Shown one piece after another: positions 31,921-41,074 of a DNA stretch of 64,000 bases. The stretch covers positions 832,001-896,000 of the forward strand of contig CAXXKT010000001.1 in NCBI GenBank assembly GCA_963662405.2, read 5' to 3'. The DNA comes from Syntrophales bacterium. Lineage in GTDB: Bacteria; Desulfobacterota; Syntrophia; Syntrophales; UBA2210. Below the pieces are notes generated by a model that was given only the letters and a program-made list of their open reading frames with translations, did no database searches and had not been told where the DNA came from. A program made the position numbers and the translations under genes. Position 1 is the stretch's first letter; the number at the start of each line of letters is the position of its first letter.

Positions 31921-31961
31921 AAAGTAACGTGGTGATGGTGTCCTGTCAAGGGATATTACGG
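31921..31961 (-). promoter_or_regulatory. Sigma70-like promoter of the EFR1 gene with upstream CCGTAAT motif
   Basis: CCGTAATATCCC-TTGACA-N17-TACTTT. Confidence 0.6.
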
Positions 31962-32014
31962 TGTTCCCGGTATCAAGCGGATATCGGCACGGACGAGACC
32001 ATCACGGGTAAAAA

Positions 32015-32060
32015 ACCGGTCTCAACCGTCGACATTCGAATGTCCACTGTCGAGACCGGT
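32015..32060. repeat. Palindromic REP-like element
   Basis: ACCGGTCTCAAC...GACATTCGAATGTC...GTCGAGACCGGT. Confidence 0.7.
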
Positions 32061-32072
32061 ACCTCCTTAATA

Positions 32073-33297
32073 TCACGCAATCTCCTCGATGGCGAGGGGA
32101 TATTTGGACAGCACCTCACACCCGTCCCTGGTGATCACGATATCGTTTTCGTAACGGAACCCTATGTTCTCCTCCGGTGCGGCGTACTGCATGGCGCAGA
32201 CGACCATCTCGTTTTCTTGGTAGACGTGGTCCTGATCCGTCCAGTACGGCAGGTCGGGATTTACGACCGCCCCGATCCGCCACTCGTCGCCGAAGAGGCC
32301 GATCCCGTGCTCGCAGGCCGGCTGGATGAAATCGCCGCAGCCGCGCGATTCGGCGAAGTCCATCATGAGGGCGGCCAGCGTCCCCGGCGTCGTCCCGGCG
32401 CGGTAATTGTCGATCACGGTCTGGACGATGGCGACGAAGTTGTCCGCGTGCCATCGCTGGCGTTTCGACGCCGGCGCGATCAGGTAATTGTGGGAGTGGT
32501 CACCCAGGGCCAGTCTGAACATGGCGTGGAAATCGAGCATCAGCGGGTCCCCCGCCTCTATCTCCTTGGTCGTGGGGGGCGTGCAGGCGCCCAGCCCCGT
32601 GCGGTAGCCGCTGGATATCTCGTTCAGCCCGGCGAAATTCCACTCCGAGACGCTCCCCCGCCTTGCGCATGGCCAGCGCGGCGATTCCGGCGATGACCGT
32701 CTCCGTCATCCCCTTGTAGCCGCCGTTTTCGAGCGCCGCCCGCGCCGCCTTGTGCCCCTCGTCGACGATCAGCGACGCCGTGCGGAACCGCTCGATCGTC
32801 CCCTTGTCCTTGATGAGCGACAGGCCGTCGACGATGTCATGGGCGTTGATCCACTCGAAACCGGGGAGGGCCTCCTTGAAATGGGTGTACTCCCAGTGGG
32901 AGAGATTTCCCTCGGCTGTCCAGGTGGAGACCCCGTCCTCATAACCGATCCGCCCCTTGGTAATCCCCAGTTCCTCCTTGATATAATCGGTGATGGCGGA
33001 GACCTGGTCCATCCCGCCCATCGGCCCGTATCCGCGGACAAGATCATCGTCGATCCACGTCTCGTCCCCCACGCGGAGCGAGTCGACCACAAAGGTAAAA
33101 TAGGCGGGCTGCCCCTCCGGCGGGATGATCAGATAGCTGCGCCACGGGCAGAAGGCATCCAGGACGAAGCTCATCGTCCGGACACGCGATCCGAGGTACA
33201 CGTCGATATCGCGCCGGTGCATCTCGGCCTGTATCGCCGCGACCCGACCCGGATTGTCGATGTAATACTTGTCATTGGGGTCCAGTATTCTGGTCAT
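32073..33297 (-). pseudogene. M24 (Xaa-Pro peptidase/creatinase-like) gene with a +1 frameshift
   Basis: Two ORFs join if one G is removed from the G5 run (C5 at 32655-32659), giving AMRKAGSVSEWNF...PLMLDFH; HGIG and RYEND motifs present. Confidence 0.8.
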
Positions 33298-33310
33298 TAC
33301 GCACCTCCCT

Positions 33311-33712
33311 TCAGTACTGCGTCGGTATCGTGGCCAGGACCTTGTTCAGGCGGTCCGAGACGGCGGCGAGTTTCAGGGCCTTGGCCAGGTTTCCCTTGAG
33401 CTTCAGCTTGCCGGTCATGAGTGCCTTCTGGGCGCCCAGCTCCGCGCGGGAAATCCGGGCGAAGGTCTCGTACTTCCCGAAGATCCTGAACACCGCCTGC
33501 GGGGCCTCACCGACCCCCGTCTCCACGCGGGTGATCCTGCCGTCCGTGGCCTCGATGAAGAGGAAGTGCTCCTCCCCGTCGGGACAATCCTGATAGATGT
33601 TCGACATCGACGTCGTGACATGATTCATCTTCTCCGGCGTGAGTTCCGTCTGGAGCCGTTTGAGCGCCTCGTCGCGCCACGACGGGCTCAGGTACACGTG
33701 TTGTTCTGCCAT
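33311..33712 (-). CDS. SCP2 sterol/lipid-binding domain protein
   Basis: ALMTGKLKLKGNL. Confidence 0.88.
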   Translation of the reverse strand: MAEQHVYLSPSWRDEALKRLQTELTPEKMNHVTTSMSNIYQDCPDGEEHFLFIEATDGRITRVETGVGEAPQAVFRIFGKYETFARISRAELGAQKALMTGKLKLKGNLAKALKLAAVSDRLNKVLATIPTQY

Positions 33713-33741
33713 ATCGATCCCTCCTCCCTTGGTATGTCTTT

Positions 33742-35088
33742 TTACAGCGGTAAATTATATTTCAGGCCGTGCATCTTCCCCACCAGCCAGAGGAATACGA
33801 TCCGGGGGGCGCTCGCCGGGGCCATCTTCAGGGCGTTGACCTTGAGCCGCTTCACGGCGATGTTCAGGATATTGTCGCATCTGCCGCAGGTGTCGAGCGC
33901 GTCCACCCGGCGGTACCGTTCCCTGATCAGGGGGAGCGCCTCCGCGCACGCGCATTCTCCCAGGACAATGATCGGCTCCGCGAGGTTCTCCAACTGGCCC
34001 GGCTCGAAGTTCCGGCCGGCGACGATGGTCAGGGGTCTCCCCTCCAGTTCCTCCACGGAGGCACCGTCGTTCACCACCAGCTCCAGGACCTGCTCGGCAT
34101 GCCCCATACAGCCTTCGTAACAGGCGCGTTCTTTCCCTTTCACGAACCGGATGCTCTTTGGAAAGTGCGTCCGAAATTCCCAGGGAATCGGTTCCATGGT
34201 TTCGGGGAGTTTGCCGTCCAGGGTGATGCGCTCCGGGTCAATGACGCCCAGACCCTGTTCCGCGGCCAGCTTCACATGCCTGATCTCGCGCGGTTCGTGC
34301 CCCAGCACCCGGGCGGCGACGGCATCGGCGGCAACCGTGTCCGTCCCCCCGATGATGAGATCACGATCGTGGAGGAGATCTTTCACGTACCGGCCCGCGG
34401 GCATCGGCCCCCGCGAGACGACCTTGATGGCATCGGTGAGGGTGAAATCTGGGCGGACATACCGGTAGATATCGACGATCTTCTGGTGGAGGTCGAAGTT
34501 GTGGTGGCGGGCCCGGTCCTCGTCGTACAGGAGCCCCATCTGGTTCTTCAGCCCCGCCGTCATCTGCGCCTGGCAGTGGGCCTTGAGGATGGGCATGTTC
34601 AGGTAAAAGGTCTTCTCCGGGTCATGCGTGAAGTGATCGTGCAGGATCTTCGGAAATTCGTACCGCTCATCCGAGCCGGGTGCCAGGGTGACCCGAACGG
34701 ATTTCTCCTCGTCCAGAAAGAGGCATCGCGCGTTCATCCGCTTCGCGAGCCGGTCGATCCCCGTGGCGGCAAAACAGAGCCGGGTGAAGTTCCCCTGCGA
34801 ACAGTTGTCCATGAGATAGATTGTTTTCCGGGGATCGTGCTCCCGGATGTAATCGATCGCCGCGGTGATCAGGGAGGGAGAGGTGAAGAGATGGGGGTGA
34901 AAGTAGACCGCGTTGATCTTGATGAAGACGTGGTCGGAACGGTGGAGGCGCTCCGCCGTTTCCGGAAAACTCTCCAGAAGGTCCCGCACCGCCTCGTGGG
35001 GGTCCGTTCCCACCGTGCGCACGGCGATCCGGACATTTTCCCCGGTGGCGCCCTTTTCTGTCGATTCTTTTTGATCGGTCAGTGCCAT
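33742..35088 (-). CDS. DUF362 domain protein with Cys-containing C-terminal region
   Basis: IKIN, PILKAH, GLKN..G, D.VAAD; ACYEGC and GECA. Confidence 0.85.
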   Translation of the reverse strand: MALTDQKESTEKGATGENVRIAVRTVGTDPHEAVRDLLESFPETAERLHRSDHVFIKINAVYFHPHLFTSPSLITAAIDYIREHDPRKTIYLMDNCSQGNFTRLCFAATGIDRLAKRMNARCLFLDEEKSVRVTLAPGSDERYEFPKILHDHFTHDPEKTFYLNMPILKAHCQAQMTAGLKNQMGLLYDEDRARHHNFDLHQKIVDIYRYVRPDFTLTDAIKVVSRGPMPAGRYVKDLLHDRDLIIGGTDTVAADAVAARVLGHEPREIRHVKLAAEQGLGVIDPERITLDGKLPETMEPIPWEFRTHFPKSIRFVKGKERACYEGCMGHAEQVLELVVNDGASVEELEGRPLTIVAGRNFEPGQLENLAEPIIVLGECACAEALPLIRERYRRVDALDTCGRCDNILNIAVKRLKVNALKMAPASAPRIVFLWLVGKMHGLKYNLPL

Positions 35089-35230
35089 AGATTACCACCT
35101 CTGGAAACGGGTTGTGAATATCTATGAGCTGTGAATCATTGCCCCCCGATGTATCACCTGATCGGCATGCGGGTCTCAACGAACACACATGATGCTGTTC
35201 ACACTGTCAGATCCTGAAATCCTTCCCCAT

Positions 35231-35746
35231 TTATTTCATGTCCATGGCCCGGAGGCGCCGGGCCTCGATTCGGGCGAACTCGCTCATGAGCACATACCCC
35301 AGCCGGGGGTGCTTCTCCATCAGCGCGGTCAGAGCGGCATTATTCAGCTCGATGAGACGGGTGTTCTTGAGGACAAAGACATTCGCGGCGGCCGGAAAGG
35401 CGCCGAGATATTCCATCTCGCCGATGAGAGACTGCGCAGGAAGAACGGCCACGACCTTCCCGCTGACCCTGACCTCCGCCTGACCTTCAAGGACGATCCA
35501 CATATGATCCAGGGTTTTCCCCTGTTCGATGATGCGCTCTCCTTCTGTCCCCTGTCGCACCGTCGCCGCCGATTGCAGCACTGTTTTCTCCGCGTCGGTC
35601 AGCCCCGCGAACAGTTTGATCTGGCCGAGCGCCTTTACGATCTCTGATTCTGATGCCGTGTCCGCGGCAAGAGATTGACACGCGAAACCCGCGAACACCG
35701 CGATAACAACGGCAACAAGCACACGAACCGCCGGTTTTGTAACCAT
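35231..35746 (-). CDS. Cyclic-nucleotide-binding domain protein with N-terminal signal peptide
   Basis: IIEQG, GQAEV, IGEM, AAANV; signal peptide ending SLA-AD. Confidence 0.85.
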   Translation of the reverse strand: MVTKPAVRVLVAVVIAVFAGFACQSLAADTASESEIVKALGQIKLFAGLTDAEKTVLQSAATVRQGTEGERIIEQGKTLDHMWIVLEGQAEVRVSGKVVAVLPAQSLIGEMEYLGAFPAAANVFVLKNTRLIELNNAALTALMEKHPRLGYVLMSEFARIEARRLRAMDMK

Positions 35747-35831
35747 AAACTCATCTCCATTCTGTTGATATGTTGTATCCGTCAGAACACCGGATCCATT
35801 CCGGGATAACAGAGGTCCACACCCGTCGCTA

Positions 35832-36140
35832 TTATTGTACGGGAGGATTCTGTATGTCCTTTTCGATCTTCTGGATGACTCCTTTTTGCTGCAGCAGATT
35901 CATGATGTTCTGGAGCTGATTGAACAGATTGAGAAATGCCGCCGGTGTGAGGACCAGACGACACACCGGATACATCTTCGCCTGCGGCGGCTCGGGCGGT
36001 TTCGGTTGATCCATCCGCGTGACGCAGAATTCGAGGCGGGCGGATTGCCCGTCGAACGAGAGATTCCGGAAGGAATCGGCAAACGTCTCGAGGACATCGG
36101 GGATATCGACATACTGCAGGTTCTTAGGGGGATTGTTCAT
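35832..36140 (-). CDS. Hypothetical protein, DUF3467-like
   Basis: AGGAG RBS before MNNPPK; ETFAD...RLEF...RLVLTP pattern. Confidence 0.65.
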   Translation of the reverse strand: MNNPPKNLQYVDIPDVLETFADSFRNLSFDGQSARLEFCVTRMDQPKPPEPPQAKMYPVCRLVLTPAAFLNLFNQLQNIMNLLQQKGVIQKIEKDIQNPPVQ

Positions 36141-36449
36141 GTGAGTTCTCCTGTCGGTGGCATGTTGCGCGCTATTATACCCATTACCGGGCATAAAATA
36201 AATGGTTGATATGCCTCGATACCGGGTTCTCACCTTTCGGGAGCCGCCCCGATACGTTAGAATCCCGGACACCGTTCCCCCATGATTACCGGCTCCCCGT
36301 ATCGTATGTTGCGGCCATTATCGCATTGACTCACACGACTTTTTCCTATACTTCCTTCGCGAAAAAGGGAGTCCTTATCAGAATCAGGGGACATACCGAG
36401 AAATGTGCCACAATTACAAGCATTTCATGGTCAATGTGGAGTAGCTGGT

Positions 36450-39419
36450 ATGATTTCAACAAATAACGTTCATTCTGATTTTTCGACGCATTTTAAGGCG
36501 TTTTATGAACTCATGGCGATTAAGGTGCGGGAGATTTTGCTGGTTTCCAGTTCCTATGATGCCTTCATCATGGAGGAAGATACCACCCTTGCATCAAAGA
36601 TAATAAATGAATACAGCGGCTTGAATCTCAGCACTCCCCCCCGTGTGACACGAACTTCTTCGGCTCATGAGGCGCTCTCCATCCTGATGGAGAAGAAATT
36701 TGATATGGTTATTACCATGCCTCATCTGGAGGAGATGGATTCCTTCTCTTTCGGTTTGAAAATAAAGGAAATAGATCCTTATCTGCCGGTAATTCTGTTA
36801 GCTCACAGCCCAAGAGGTATTTATCCGCTCCCGGAAAACAGAAATTGCGATGGTATTGACAAGATCTTTATCTGGTCAGGCAACTCCGATTTGCTTCTGG
36901 CCTTAGTCAAAAGTACGGAAGATTCCCTCAATGTCGATTTTGATGCCCAAAGGGCCCAGGTTCGTGTCCTGATCCTGGTTGAGGATTCTCCTGTGTACTA
37001 CTCGACGTTCTTGCCACTGATCTACAAGGAAATTGTAAAACAGACACAGGCAGTTCTTGAGCTTGGGCTCAATGAAGAACACCGGCTTCTTACCATGCGG
37101 GCGCGGCCCAAAATACTGGTGGCCGAAACCTATGAGGAGGCCATGGAGCTTGTCCGGAAGTACCGGGATTTCCTTTTTTGCGTTATATCCGATACTCGAA
37201 TTCCAAAAGGTGGAAAATTGGAAGACGATGCGGGGGTTGCTTTGCTTTCTAACATCAAACAGGAAATCGATGACCTTCCCCTCCTCCTGATGAGTTCGGA
37301 ACCGGCGAACAGAAAAAAGGCCGAAAAGATCCCGACGGTTTTCCTCGACAAAAATTCTCCCGATCTTCTCGGCGAATTGCGCGACTTTTTTCTGAGCCAC
37401 CTCGGCTTCGGGGATTTTGTCTTCCGCATGCCGGACGGAACGGAAATCGACCGGGTACCCAACCTTCGCTCACTTGAAGAAAAGATCCCCCTCATACCGG
37501 ACGAATCCATCTATTATCATGCCGAGCGTAATCATTTTTCCCACTGGATTATGGCCCGTTCCGAGTTCACTCTCGCCTCCGCTTTCCGTAAAATGCCGGT
37601 CTCGTCATTCGGCAATGCCGACGAGATCCGCCAGTATCTCATTTCCAATATTCGCTCGTTACGCAAGTGGCAGCAAAAGGGTGTGGTCGTCCGGTTTAAT
37701 CGTAATCATTTCGATCCAAGCATCATGGATTTTCTGAAGATCGGTGAAGGCTCGCTGGGAGGAAAAGCTCGGGGTCTGGCCTTCATGTCCCTCATGTTTC
37801 AGCAGGATTCCGGATTGTATGAAAGATACCCGGGAATAAACATCCGGATCCCCCAGACGCTGGTTATCACGACAGACGGTTTCGAGGCTTTCATAACCAG
37901 GAATCGTCTGGAGCGTTTTTCCAAAGAAGGGTTTACCGACGAAGAAGTGAGAGAGGCCTTTTTGAAGGCCCGCATGCCGGAGTGGCTTGTAAAAGACCTG
38001 GAAGCTTTTATCGCCCAGGTCACGATTCCTCTGGCTGTTCGTTCCTCCAGCCTCCTGGAAGATGCCCAATTCCAGCCCTATGCCGGGCTGTATCAGACCT
38101 ACATGATTCCGAACAACCATCCCGATCCATCCAGGCGGCTTGAGCAGCTGATCACAGCCATAAAATTGGTGTACGCCTCTACCTATTATGAGGGCCCCAA
38201 GACATTTTCCCGGGACACGTTAAATCAGCCCCATACGGAGTCAATGGCCGTCATTATCCAGCAGCTCTCCGGAAGAGAATACGGGGAATATTTCTACCCT
38301 GCCATTTCCGGTGTAGCCCAGTCCCACAATTTTTATCCGGTTTCCCATATGAAATCCGAAGAGGGAATCGCCCATATCGCCCTGGGTCTGGGAAAAACCG
38401 TTGTAGAAGGAGAAAAAGCGCTCAGGTTTTCTCCCCGATATCCGGAGATCATGCCCCAGTTTTCCACGGTCGATGACATGCTGGCGAATTCCCAGCGCTT
38501 TTTGTATGCCCTCAGAATCAGGAATTATCCCGATGATCTCAACTTCGAAGTAAATTCGAACCTGGAAAAACGAGAAGCAAATGACGCGGCACAAGAATCT
38601 CCCGTACAGATGCTTGCCAGCACCTATATCCATGAAGAACACTCCATCAGAGATACGGCCTATGCGAGGGGACCGAAGATCCTTACCTTCGCGCAGGTGT
38701 TGAAATACCATATCTTTCCCTTGCCGGGGCTATTGAGTGATTTGCTGAAATTGGGTCGCAAAGGTTTGGGATGCCCTGTGGAAATAGAATTTTCAGTGGA
38801 TCTCGACCCTGCAAAACAGGGTACGGGCGAATTCTCGTTTCTTCAGATACGGCCGATGGTTGCGGATAAAGAGCGTTTTGAAGTTGAGATCACACCGGGG
38901 GAGATGGAGAGGGCATTCTGTCGCTCGGCCCAGGTCCTTGGAAACGGGAAAAACGAGGAGATGGCAGATATCGTCTATGTCAAACCGGATGCCTTTGAAA
39001 CGAGAGAGACCGTTCAGATTGTAGAGGAAATCGGGCATATCAACGCAGTTCTCGTCAAAGAAAAACGGCCCTATCTCCTGGTTGGTCCCGGAAGGTGGGG
39101 GTCTGCCGACAGGTGGCTTGGCATACCTGTCAGGTGGCAGCACATTTCAGGGGTGAGCGCCATTATCGAACTGAGAAACGAAAATTTGAAAGCCGATCCT
39201 TCGCAGGGGTCTCACTTTTTCCAGAACATCACATCTCTGGGAATCCAGTACATGACAGTCACCGAGAACTCAGGCTCGGACGATTATTTCGACTGGGAAT
39301 GGGTGGGCTCCCTGCCTGTCATACAGGAAACACCTTTTGTGCGGCATGTGAGAATAGACAAACCGCTGATCCTGAAAATCGATGGGAGACAATCCCGCGG
39401 AGTGATAATCAGGTCGTAA
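36450..39419 (+). CDS. Receiver-like domains fused to a PEP/pyruvate-binding (PPDK_N) domain
   Basis: GGKARGL, AVRSSSLLED, GPGRWGS, SQGSHFFQN; REC-like N-terminal region. Confidence 0.88.
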   Translation: MISTNNVHSDFSTHFKAFYELMAIKVREILLVSSSYDAFIMEEDTTLASKIINEYSGLNLSTPPRVTRTSSAHEALSILMEKKFDMVITMPHLEEMDSFSFGLKIKEIDPYLPVILLAHSPRGIYPLPENRNCDGIDKIFIWSGNSDLLLALVKSTEDSLNVDFDAQRAQVRVLILVEDSPVYYSTFLPLIYKEIVKQTQAVLELGLNEEHRLLTMRARPKILVAETYEEAMELVRKYRDFLFCVISDTRIPKGGKLEDDAGVALLSNIKQEIDDLPLLLMSSEPANRKKAEKIPTVFLDKNSPDLLGELRDFFLSHLGFGDFVFRMPDGTEIDRVPNLRSLEEKIPLIPDESIYYHAERNHFSHWIMARSEFTLASAFRKMPVSSFGNADEIRQYLISNIRSLRKWQQKGVVVRFNRNHFDPSIMDFLKIGEGSLGGKARGLAFMSLMFQQDSGLYERYPGINIRIPQTLVITTDGFEAFITRNRLERFSKEGFTDEEVREAFLKARMPEWLVKDLEAFIAQVTIPLAVRSSSLLEDAQFQPYAGLYQTYMIPNNHPDPSRRLEQLITAIKLVYASTYYEGPKTFSRDTLNQPHTESMAVIIQQLSGREYGEYFYPAISGVAQSHNFYPVSHMKSEEGIAHIALGLGKTVVEGEKALRFSPRYPEIMPQFSTVDDMLANSQRFLYALRIRNYPDDLNFEVNSNLEKREANDAAQESPVQMLASTYIHEEHSIRDTAYARGPKILTFAQVLKYHIFPLPGLLSDLLKLGRKGLGCPVEIEFSVDLDPAKQGTGEFSFLQIRPMVADKERFEVEITPGEMERAFCRSAQVLGNGKNEEMADIVYVKPDAFETRETVQIVEEIGHINAVLVKEKRPYLLVGPGRWGSADRWLGIPVRWQHISGVSAIIELRNENLKADPSQGSHFFQNITSLGIQYMTVTENSGSDDYFDWEWVGSLPVIQETPFVRHVRIDKPLILKIDGRQSRGVIIRS

Positions 39420-39467
39420 GAATTTAAGATCAATGCGATCTGCCCTGAAGACCGTCTCCATGCGCAG

Positions 39468-39782
39468 GGGAACGGTTTTCACCTTTCGGGAACCCTTCTT
39501 CACAAACAAAAACCCCTCGCGGAAGATTCCTTCTCACGAGGGGTTTTTGAGAACCGCTTATGCCGTTATGTCTCTACGCGGGAGTCACTCAATCCATATG
39601 CTTGGTCTTTATCGGGTGCCAATCACCACGAAGACCCTGTGGATTACCTTTTTATTTAGCTCCGGTAAGATGACTCTTCACGAGCATCGCAGTATCTCGT
39701 CCGTACAATGCTCTTATCGGCATATCTGCCGGATTCTTTATTTCTTGTCAAAAAACTGTTCCCGGTATTTCACCGTTCCCAT
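39468..39782 (-). ncRNA. Candidate structured ncRNA of unknown family
   Basis: Own promoter, boxA-like motif, nested stems, terminator-like hairpin; only short ORFs on this strand. Confidence 0.55.
39505..39548. terminator. Bidirectional intrinsic terminator
   Basis: AAAAACCCCTCGCG...CACGAGGGGTTTTT. Confidence 0.8.
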
Positions 39783-39788
39783 GGTTAT

Positions 39789-39817
39789 ATAATAATGACG
39801 ATGAGGGAGGTTGTCAA
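39789..39817 (-). promoter_or_regulatory. Sigma70 promoter
   Basis: TTGACA-N17-TATTAT. Confidence 0.75.
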
Positions 39818-39901
39818 GGGGGAAGACTGCTTTCTAAGACTAACAAAAACAGGGTGTTGTTTGAAGGGAAGTTTATGAAAAAACAAAAAAGTGTGCTGCC
39901 C

Positions 39902-40318
39902 CTATTCCTCTAAATTAACCATAAGTAAGATCATGCAACAAATGAAATAAAAAACTCCTGCCAAAAGAATCAATTGCTTTCCAACAAAGAAATATTTGCT
40001 CGACTTGTAATAAATATCATCATAATCATAGTTTGTTTCTTCAATGTTTTGTTCCTGCATTGTGGAAAGCGTTTTCTTGATATTCAGGTATGAAAATAAG
40101 TACTGCAAATAATCAAATGCTAACGCGATCATTGCAATTGTTCCAATTTTGATAAGATGTGGTCGGCACTTTAAGATCGTATCTCTCAAGTAATCCACTT
40201 CTCCCAAAAGTAGGCTCCAAGTTGTTGCCAATAATCCAATTCCAATTATACGAACTTGTGTGCTTATTCGATCAGTTACAAAGCCTCTCTCCTCGATAAC
40301 GTCTTTTAATTTTGGCAT
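39902..40318 (-). CDS. Hypothetical membrane protein (about 3 TM), AT-rich
   Basis: Three hydrophobic segments, FDYLQY; starts 7 bp after the HU stop. Confidence 0.75.
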   Translation of the reverse strand: MPKLKDVIEERGFVTDRISTQVRIIGIGLLATTWSLLLGEVDYLRDTILKCRPHLIKIGTIAMIALAFDYLQYLFSYLNIKKTLSTMQEQNIEETNYDYDDIYYKSSKYFFVGKQLILLAGVFYFICCMILLMVNLEE

Positions 40319-40325
40319 TTAACAA

Positions 40326-40631
40326 TCACGCTTTCCTTGGCGGTGGTATTGGCCCACGACTCTTCGAGACCACTGTAAATTTGTGGCTCGCTTTGAATTT
40401 GACGACATTCTTTGCTTTTATGTTGATTTTACTGCCGGTTTGTGGATTTCTTCCCGTTCTTGCTTTTCTTTTGACTACTGAAAAAGTTCCAAATCCGACC
40501 AAGCCCATTTTTCCGGTTTGCTTGAGCTCTTTTGTTACATTGGCAATGTATGAATCTAATGCTCTGGTGGCCTCAGCTTTTGTTATTCCCGCATCTCTCG
40601 CCATTGCTTTTATCAATTCGGCTTTTGTCAT
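40326..40631 (-). CDS. HU family DNA-binding protein with atypical C-terminus
   Basis: MTKAELI, GFGTF, RKARTGRNPQTG; ends SHKFTVVSKSRGPIPPPRKA. Confidence 0.9.
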   Translation of the reverse strand: MTKAELIKAMARDAGITKAEATRALDSYIANVTKELKQTGKMGLVGFGTFSVVKRKARTGRNPQTGSKINIKAKNVVKFKASHKFTVVSKSRGPIPPPRKA

Positions 40632-40710
40632 TTTCCCTCACCTGTAAGAGTGTTTTTTGAATATCAACTCTTTCACGGTTGTCATGTATCCAAGTAATTA
40701 CTCCAGAACA

Positions 40711-40867
40711 CAAAAGCCCCATCTCTCTTTGTGAGAAACAGGGCTTTCGATGATCAGATCATAATCCCCCCTTGATTACATCTGTTCACAAGTGCATACA
40801 ATATCTTCAGAGCAAAACATGATAACCTCTTAACTCTGCTATGGTATCTTGTCAAGAAATATTACGG
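40711..40867 (-). repeat. Promoter/minigene/terminator element, copy 1
   Basis: Shares CCGTAAT, CTTGACAAGATA and GGGGATTATGRYCTGATC with copies 2 and 3, and the terminator with copy 2. Confidence 0.8.
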
Positions 40868-41074
40868 CGTGCCTTTCGAACGGCAAGAATCGATTTTTTC
40901 CTGAAACAGTTATGGGGTGATGCCGAGGGGAATGGCCCTGCGATGCATCCCTTTGCGACGATCAGTACCGAAGCACACATATGGGGCTATATCTCCTTTA
41001 CTTACACGATCGTTATTCCTATACTGGCCCCCGTCGAAAGTCCCGTCTTTTCAAAAAGGAAGACGGGTGCGATT

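Noticed and set aside
39757..39782. Cobalamin riboswitch (GGGAACGGTGAAATACCGG resemblance)
   Set aside because: The downstream CCCGCAACTGT and B12-box elements are missing, and there is no downstream gene on that strand.
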